A model generated the notes under the pieces. The model had not been told where the DNA came from and ran no database searches. It was given only the letters and a program-made list of their open reading frames with translations. Position numbers and translations under genes: made by a program. Below, in pieces: positions 33,678-39,451 of a stretch of 39,451 bases of DNA; the stretch's first letter is position 1; each line of letters opens with the position of its first letter. Source of the DNA: Holophagae bacterium. Its GTDB lineage: Bacteria; Acidobacteriota; Thermoanaerobaculia; Thermoanaerobaculales; Sulfomarinibacteraceae. The stretch spans positions 1 to 39,451 of the forward strand of contig DAOWGJ010000297.1 in NCBI GenBank assembly GCA_030637505.1, in the 5' to 3' direction.

Positions 33678-34565
33678 ATGAAAAATAACGAAGAAAAGTA
33701 CCGCGTAAAGGTTGGCTTGGCTGAAATGCTCAAGGGCGGCGTCATTATGGATGTCACCAATGCGGACCAGGCCAAGATCGCTGAGGATGCCGGCGCCGTC
33801 GCCGTGATGGCATTGGAAAGGGTGCCCGCCGACATCCGGGTGGAGGGCGGGGTGGCTCGAATGGCCGGCCTGGAGAAGATCCAGGAGATTCAAAAAACCG
33901 TTCAAATCCCGGTGATGGCAAAGTGCCGAATCGGCCATATCGCCGAGGCCCGCATCCTCCAGGCCCTCGAAGTTGATTTTATCGACGAGAGCGAGGTCTT
34001 GACGCCGGCTGATGACGAGAACCACGTCAACAAACACCTCTTCGACGTGCCCTTTGTCTGTGGCTGTAGAAACCTGGGCGAGGCACTTCGTCGAATCGGA
34101 GAGGGCGCCGCGTTGATTCGAACCAAAGGTGAGGCCGGATCCGGCGACATTGTCGAGGGGGTTCGGCACATGAGGGCAGTGCAACGAGGCATTCGCACAC
34201 TCGGCATCCTCGACCAGCACGAGTTAATGGCCCACGCCAAAGAAATCCAGGCGCCCTTTGAGCTCATCTGTTGGGTTGCGGAACACGGGCGACTTCCGGT
34301 TCCAAATTTTGCCGCCGGCGGTATTGCGACACCGGCGGACGCCGCGCTGGTCATGGAATTGGGCGCTGAGACCGTGTTCGTCGGTTCGGGCATTTTCAAA
34401 GCGACCGACCCTGAACCGCGGGCCAAGGCGATCGTTCAGGCCGTGACCCATTGGCAAGATCCGGGCAAGCTTCTGGAAATCTCAAAGGGGCTGGGTGAGG
34501 CGATGTCAGGCCTGGACTCCGGGAAACTGACCACCGAGGAGATGCTTTCCCGCCGTGGTTGGTAG
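33678..34565 (+). CDS. pdxS: Pyridoxal 5'-phosphate synthase lyase subunit PdxS
   Basis: [45 protein letters not shown] is near-invariant PdxS sequence. ATG 33678 follows GGAGGA. Confidence 0.95.
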   Translation: MKNNEEKYRVKVGLAEMLKGGVIMDVTNADQAKIAEDAGAVAVMALERVPADIRVEGGVARMAGLEKIQEIQKTVQIPVMAKCRIGHIAEARILQALEVDFIDESEVLTPADDENHVNKHLFDVPFVCGCRNLGEALRRIGEGAALIRTKGEAGSGDIVEGVRHMRAVQRGIRTLGILDQHELMAHAKEIQAPFELICWVAEHGRLPVPNFAAGGIATPADAALVMELGAETVFVGSGIFKATDPEPRAKAIVQAVTHWQDPGKLLEISKGLGEAMSGLDSGKLTTEEMLSRRGW

Positions 34566-35145
34566 CGGTGTCATCGGGGTTCTGGCCCTTCAGGGCGCAT
34601 TCGAAGCGCATCGTGAGGTCTTCCGCCGACTGGGCGTGGCCAGCGTTCCCATTCGAACCCCCCAAGAGTTGGAGGCAGTCGATGCCCTGGTGCTTCCCGG
34701 GGGCGAAAGCTCCGCGATGTTGCGCCTGATGGAACCCCAGGGCCTCTTGGACCGCATTGGAAAGAAAATTCAAGGCGGACTTCCTGTTTTGGCCACCTGC
34801 GCAGGGGTGATTCTCCTGGCCGTTGAGGTGACGCCCCATCAGAAGAGTCTCGGTGTATTGGATGTCGATATCCAGAGAAACGCATACGGCCGGCAGGTCT
34901 TTTCTTCGATCGAGCCCCTGATTTTTAACCCGGCATTCGATGGAACTGTGACCACCAAGGGTGTTTTTATCCGGGCGCCCCGGTTGACCCGGGTGGGCGA
35001 AGGCGTGGAGATCTTGGCGTGGCGGAAGGAAGATCCGGTTTTGGTTCGGGCCTCTGGAATCCTGGCGGCCACATTCCACCCGGAACTGGGACAGGGCTCT
35101 GGCCTTCACGAGTTCTTCCTCAAACACATGGATCGACCGGTTTGA
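34555..35145 (+). CDS. pdxT: Pyridoxal 5'-phosphate synthase glutaminase subunit PdxT
   Basis: [33 protein letters not shown] (catalytic Cys) and FHPEL. The GTG start overlaps the pdxS stop by 11 nt. Confidence 0.9.
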   Translation: MVGSGVIGVLALQGAFEAHREVFRRLGVASVPIRTPQELEAVDALVLPGGESSAMLRLMEPQGLLDRIGKKIQGGLPVLATCAGVILLAVEVTPHQKSLGVLDVDIQRNAYGRQVFSSIEPLIFNPAFDGTVTTKGVFIRAPRLTRVGEGVEILAWRKEDPVLVRASGILAATFHPELGQGSGLHEFFLKHMDRPV

Positions 35146-36134
35146 TGACTCGGGCCTCCGACCTGGTGTCGGCAGCGGGGATCGACCCCCGACAGGGGGC
35201 TGCAGAGGCTGCCGCATTGATGGTTCGCCGGCTGCCCTTGAGAATCAACGGCCGGCCCCAGGCCACGCCTGAGGAAGCCGTCGAAAATGGATGGTGTTCG
35301 GGCCTCGGTGGGTTTACAGATGTGATCGCGGCGGTGACCACATCTCCGTGCCGGTGGGGAACAGCTTTCGGAGGACGATGGCCGTGGTTTGAGGTTGGTG
35401 GCCATGTGGTGGCTCCGGGCATCCCGGTTCGGTTAGCTGCTGGGACCGAGGACGCCGGCCCCGATGGTGTTTACTCGGTAGACCGGGGCAGGGTCTACCG
35501 GGAGGCCGCTGGACGCCGAGAAGTCGTTTTGCACACCGAAGAGAGCAATTCCTCGAACGAACCGGATTTCTCTCTGCTCTGGTTCTCCGAAACCGCCCGT
35601 TTTCTCGTTCGGGGTGCGGTGTTGGAAATCGAGGATCTCTTTTCGAAGACCCTGTGCTCGGTGACCAAGAGGCAACTTGAACACCTCCTCGTGAGGGCCG
35701 GCAGGGTGAACGAAGATGTGATCGAGGGCCTGTCGTTTGAGGGTGATGCCCGGCCCACAGTTGTCGAGGTCTCTCGAAGTCTTGGGTTTTCAAAAACACC
35801 CTGGCGGGAACCCGTGGCCTTCCTCGAGAGCAGAATCGATGTAGAAGAAGTCAACGCCCGTGGAGATCGTATCTTTTTCAAAGATGTGCGCTCAGAGTCC
35901 GTCGAATTCCTGGTGACCAATCAGGACACAGGATGGACTCTGGAGAGGATGAAGGGACATTTTCCCCTTGAGGTGCTGAGGCTTCACAAAGAAGGTGAGT
36001 CTCTCGTTCTCAGGGCTACCCTCGCGCCCGAGCCCGACATTTTCTCTCCAGGTCTTCGCGGCCGGGTGGTCTTCGACCTCAACGCCGACCTCGGGGCCCT
36101 GCTGGCCCCCTCGGGCCGTTATCAGAAATCGTAG
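35145..36134 (+). CDS. Hypothetical protein (329 aa), no recognisable domain, soluble
   Basis: It is the longest ORF in the region. ATG 35145 overlaps the pdxT stop (TGATG). I recognise no TM segment, signal peptide or catalytic motif. The opposite-strand ORFs here are R/P/S-rich shadow frames. Confidence 0.6.
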   Translation: MTRASDLVSAAGIDPRQGAAEAAALMVRRLPLRINGRPQATPEEAVENGWCSGLGGFTDVIAAVTTSPCRWGTAFGGRWPWFEVGGHVVAPGIPVRLAAGTEDAGPDGVYSVDRGRVYREAAGRREVVLHTEESNSSNEPDFSLLWFSETARFLVRGAVLEIEDLFSKTLCSVTKRQLEHLLVRAGRVNEDVIEGLSFEGDARPTVVEVSRSLGFSKTPWREPVAFLESRIDVEEVNARGDRIFFKDVRSESVEFLVTNQDTGWTLERMKGHFPLEVLRLHKEGESLVLRATLAPEPDIFSPGLRGRVVFDLNADLGALLAPSGRYQKS

Positions 36135-36901
36135 ACCCGGTCCTGCTCCAACTCCTCGATCGGATGGAGCAGCGAAGTGGTTTTCAGCTCAGCCCTGATT
36201 TCATCGAGATACGGTGGCTTGAGGTGGTAGAGCAAAACACGGGGCCCACGGCGGAGTTTGGCCAACTCCTCGGCGAGAGTGGTCGGCGTCAGGTGGAGAC
36301 TGACGTTGGCAACGGCTTGAAGCCGGATCGGAAAGGAGCACTCGGTGATGACCGCCACCAAATCCTCGGTCTTGTTGGCGCGCTCCCAGAAGGCCTCGGT
36401 TGGTCCAGTGTCGGAGGTGAAGCCAACTGACGACCGGCCCTGTCGAAGCATCAACCCGACAGTCGGAACGATGTGGTTGACCGGAATTGGGGTGATCTCT
36501 AAATCCCCCCCCTTGAGCCCGCCGATGGTGAAGGTCTCTCCGGCAGTGATCTCGACAAAGCGCACCGAGGGGTAGAGGTGGTTGGGTATTCGACTGAAAT
36601 CCGGCCAGGTGTCATTGTTGAAGAGGTGGCGCTTGACGTTGGCCAAAACCCTGCGAGTCGAATATATGGTCACCGCCTCATCGTCGAATCCGAAGATATT
36701 CTCAATCAAGAATGGCAGGGTGGCCGTGTGGTCACTGTGTGTATGGGTGATGACTACGTGGCGAATGCGTCGCTGCTGGTCGATTTCGAGCGCCCGCGTG
36801 ATTGCTCCGGCATCGATGGCAACGGTGTCATCGATTAAAAAGGATGTCATTCGACAGGTAGGATCGTCACCGCCAAAACAACCGAGGACCTTGAATTTCA
36901 C
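36122..36901 (-). CDS. MBL-fold metallo-hydrolase, class-II 3',5'-cyclic-nucleotide phosphodiesterase-like
   Basis: HxHxDH motif (ITHTHSDH) in an N-terminal context (KVLGCFGG...SFLIDDTVAIDAG) that resembles class-II cNMP phosphodiesterases. GTG start. The 3' end overlaps the convergent orphan gene by 13 nt. Confidence 0.6.
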   Translation of the reverse strand: MKFKVLGCFGGDDPTCRMTSFLIDDTVAIDAGAITRALEIDQQRRIRHVVITHTHSDHTATLPFLIENIFGFDDEAVTIYSTRRVLANVKRHLFNNDTWPDFSRIPNHLYPSVRFVEITAGETFTIGGLKGGDLEITPIPVNHIVPTVGLMLRQGRSSVGFTSDTGPTEAFWERANKTEDLVAVITECSFPIRLQAVANVSLHLTPTTLAEELAKLRRGPRVLLYHLKPPYLDEIRAELKTTSLLHPIEELEQDRVYDF

Positions 36902-36996
36902 CGAGCCAGTATAACCTGCAAGTCGAATCGGTTGGCCTGTATTTCTCGCTACGGGCGGGATCTTTTAGGATTGGGGGGCTCGTAACGGAGGGGTTG

Positions 36997-38028
36997 ATGA
37001 AAAAAGGTCGAAAGATTTCGCGACTGGGGCTCTTGATGGCCGGGGGGGGCGCCAAGGTCCGCAGGATCGTTGCCGAGGTGGGCCACCAACAAGGGGAGCT
37101 CAGTCGAATTCTGGACGGCAGGGCGCCGAAGGCTCTGCTGGATGCTGCCGGGTCGGCGGAGGAGTCCGAGGTTCCCATGCTTTTGGAACGAGTCTCCCGA
37201 GGGGGGTGGCGCTGGATAAGTTCAGATTCACCGGACTATCCTCCGTCCCTGAACCACACGGCGGACCCCCCCTTGGGTCTTTTCGTTAAAGGAAGTCTGG
37301 ACCGGAGGCCGGCGGTCGCGATCGTCGGATCTCGCCGGGCGACCCCATATGGTATTCAGGTTTCCAGATTCTTGGCGGAAAGTGTCGGCCGGGCCGGCGG
37401 AACGGTCATCTCTGGAATGGCGCGTGGCGTGGATGCCGCTGCCCACGAGGGGGCACTCAGCGTCGGCGGGAAAACCTGGGCTGTCTGGGGGTGTGGACCG
37501 GACCGGGTCTATCCTCCGGAACACACGGAATTGGCCGAGAAGATCGGCGAGACCGGGGCTCTTGTGACGGAGTATCCCCCCGGATCACTTCCACGCCGGC
37601 ACCATTTTCCCGAAAGGAACCGGATCGTCGCCGGACTGGCTTCGGTTGTCGTGGTTATCGAGGCTGCTGCCCGTTCCGGCGCGCTCAGCACGGCTCGGCA
37701 GGCCTTGGACGAGGGTCGAGATGTTATGGCCGTGCCGGGCAGCATCTTCTCTGAGGTGTCGGTGGGACCCAATGGCTTGTTGAGGGCCGGGGCCCAACCG
37801 GTGACCTGTCCAGGTGATCTCCTTGATGCCCTGGGACTGGAGGCAGGGAGCGTTCCGACGAATGAATCGGAGGTGATGCACCTCGAGCGCGGGGAGGCCG
37901 TCACTGCGGACGAGTTGGCCCAGAGGATGGGACAGACCGTGGATGTGGTTCAAGTGAAAATTGTAGAAATGGAAATCCAGGGCATGGTCGAACGAGGGGC
38001 AGACGGGTTGATTCGGAGGCGGAGATGA
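36997..38028 (+). CDS. dprA: DNA processing protein DprA (Smf)
   Basis: Rossmann-like DprA core: VAIVGSRRATPYG, ISGMARGVDAAAHEGAL, TWAVWGCGPDRVYPPEH, FPERNRIVAGL, VVIEAAARSGALSTA. ATG 36997 follows GGAGGGG. Confidence 0.9.
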   Translation: MKKGRKISRLGLLMAGGGAKVRRIVAEVGHQQGELSRILDGRAPKALLDAAGSAEESEVPMLLERVSRGGWRWISSDSPDYPPSLNHTADPPLGLFVKGSLDRRPAVAIVGSRRATPYGIQVSRFLAESVGRAGGTVISGMARGVDAAAHEGALSVGGKTWAVWGCGPDRVYPPEHTELAEKIGETGALVTEYPPGSLPRRHHFPERNRIVAGLASVVVVIEAAARSGALSTARQALDEGRDVMAVPGSIFSEVSVGPNGLLRAGAQPVTCPGDLLDALGLEAGSVPTNESEVMHLERGEAVTADELAQRMGQTVDVVQVKIVEMEIQGMVERGADGLIRRRR

Positions 38029-39371
38029 TCGGAATGTCGGATCTGGGAACGGAGGCCGTCGAGGATTCAATCCCTGTTGTTGGTGCAGGTCTTGCGGGTT
38101 GTGAGGCGGCGTGGCAGTTGGCCGAAGCGGGTGCGTCCGTCCACCTCTTCGAGATGAGGCCGACGCGTCAAACACCGGTACACACAACCGAAAAATTTGC
38201 CGAACTGGTCTGTTCAAACTCACTTCGGGGAGATTCACCAGGAAACGCCGTGGGTTTACTGAAGAGGGAGATGGAGCAACTGGGATCCCTGATCATACGG
38301 TGTGCCCGGGAAACAGCCGTGCCCGCCGGTGGCGCGCTGGCCGTTGACCGCACGCTCTTCTCGGAGAGGGTCGGCGAAAGGATCTCCGACCATCCCTTGA
38401 TAACGGTGGAGCGGACCGAGGTCATCGACATCCCGGAAGGACCGGCGATTGTTGCCACGGGCCCCCTGACGTCGCCGGCACTCCACCGGGCGTTCCAGGC
38501 ACTACTGGGAGAGGAGGCTTTGAGTTTCTTCGATGCGATTGCACCGGTTGTGGCCGCAGATTCTCTGGTTCACGATCGGCTTTTCAGGGCCTCCCGCTAT
38601 GACAAGGGAGAGGGAGCGGACTATCTCAATGCTCCTTTGAGCCAAGAATTGTACGAGGCCTTCATCGACGAACTCCTGGCTGCAGAGCGAGTTGAGTTCA
38701 AGCAGTTCGAAAAGGAGGACATCTCCTTCTTCGAGGGGTGTTTGCCGATCGAGGTGATGGCCGAGAGGGGTCGGGAAACCCTACGATTCGGGCCGATGAA
38801 ACCGGTTGGCTTGATCGATCCAGCGACGGGATTGCGGCCCTGGGCGGTCGTTCAACTACGTCAGGACGATCTGGCCGCGGACCATTGGAATTTGGTTGGT
38901 TTTCAGACCAAGCTCAAGCAGGCAGACCAGAAACGGGTTCTTGGAATGATTCCCGGTCTTGAAAAAGCCAAATTCGCACGGTTTGGTATGGTGCATCGAA
39001 ACACCTATCTCAACGCCCCGACTCACATCGATCCATTGCTTCGCCTGGTCAACCGGCCAGCCGTTCGGGTTGCCGGGCAGATGACGGGCGTCGAGGGTTA
39101 TGTCGAATCGGCCGCAACGGGCCTGATGGCCGGCAGGACCCTCGCGGCGGAGATGCGGGGAGAGCAGCCGGGGCCGCCACCTCCGGAGACCGCCATGGGG
39201 GGTCTGATTCGCCACCTCACAGAACGAACGCCGGCGAATTTTCAGCCCTCGAACATCACGTGGGGACTGATCACCTGCCCCGAAGATTTGAGGCGGATCC
39301 GGTCCAAGAGAGAACGGAGGGTAGCCCAGGCCGAGAGGGCGCTTGAGGCGATTGGTCGGTGGGGTCTGTAG
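38025..39371 (+). CDS. trmFO: Methylenetetrahydrofolate--tRNA-(uracil54-C5)-methyltransferase TrmFO (Gid)
   Basis: FAD motif VVGAGLAGCEAAWQLA, TEKFAELVCSNSLR, and GQMTGVEGYVESAATGLMAG. ATGA overlap with dprA. Confidence 0.92.
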   Translation: MIGMSDLGTEAVEDSIPVVGAGLAGCEAAWQLAEAGASVHLFEMRPTRQTPVHTTEKFAELVCSNSLRGDSPGNAVGLLKREMEQLGSLIIRCARETAVPAGGALAVDRTLFSERVGERISDHPLITVERTEVIDIPEGPAIVATGPLTSPALHRAFQALLGEEALSFFDAIAPVVAADSLVHDRLFRASRYDKGEGADYLNAPLSQELYEAFIDELLAAERVEFKQFEKEDISFFEGCLPIEVMAERGRETLRFGPMKPVGLIDPATGLRPWAVVQLRQDDLAADHWNLVGFQTKLKQADQKRVLGMIPGLEKAKFARFGMVHRNTYLNAPTHIDPLLRLVNRPAVRVAGQMTGVEGYVESAATGLMAGRTLAAEMRGEQPGPPPPETAMGGLIRHLTERTPANFQPSNITWGLITCPEDLRRIRSKRERRVAQAERALEAIGRWGL

Positions 39372-39393
39372 GGGCACGGCACGCCGTGCCTCT
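39370..39393 (+). terminator. GC-rich hairpin after trmFO (possible terminator, no T-tract)
   Basis: AGGGGCACGG-CACG-CCGTGCCTCT: a 10-bp stem including one G-U pair. It is followed by ACCGCC rather than a run of Ts. Confidence 0.35.
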
Positions 39394-39451
39394 ACCGCCG
39401 CCGAGACCTGGGGTGGCTCTTTCGATGGACTGTCATCAGGTGGGCCAGGTC

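Overview
Origin-proximal segment of a GC-rich bacterial chromosome; the phylum cannot be assigned from the sequence alone. The core is the minus-strand array rpmH-rnpA-yidC-jag-mnmE-mnmG-rsmG-parA-parB, diverging from plus-strand dnaA-dnaN-recF-gyrB-gyrA. A cluster of DnaA-box-like motifs plus an AT-rich stretch between dnaA and dnaN is a putative oriC. parS sites lie inside mnmG and at the rsmG/parA junction. The minus-strand array runs on through a bactofilin gene into an F1Fo ATP synthase cluster (b', b, delta, alpha, gamma, beta, epsilon) that lacks the a and c subunits. The left flank holds tyrS, a Fur-family regulator divergent from two tandem CydA-fold (cytochrome bd-like) membrane proteins, tatA, an APH-family kinase, rlmN, lexA, tRNA-Pro(CGG) and an NSS-family transporter. 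The first CydA-fold protein carries a C-terminal dihaem cytochrome c domain. The right flank holds a CPBP protease, pdxS-pdxT, an orphan 329-aa protein, an MBL-fold hydrolase, dprA and trmFO. Two real genes below the ORF-track size cutoff were recovered by hand: tatA and rpmH. I saw no mobile elements, CRISPR arrays, integrases or recognisable defence genes, so most of the window is core housekeeping. The best candidates for something under-described are: (1) the Fur-adjacent haem-c-fused bd-like oxidase pair, (2) the 345-bp structured non-coding island downstream of atpC, (3) the orphan gene coupled to pdxT, and (4) the parAB-bactofilin coupling. All coordinates and motifs were read by eye; no searches were run.
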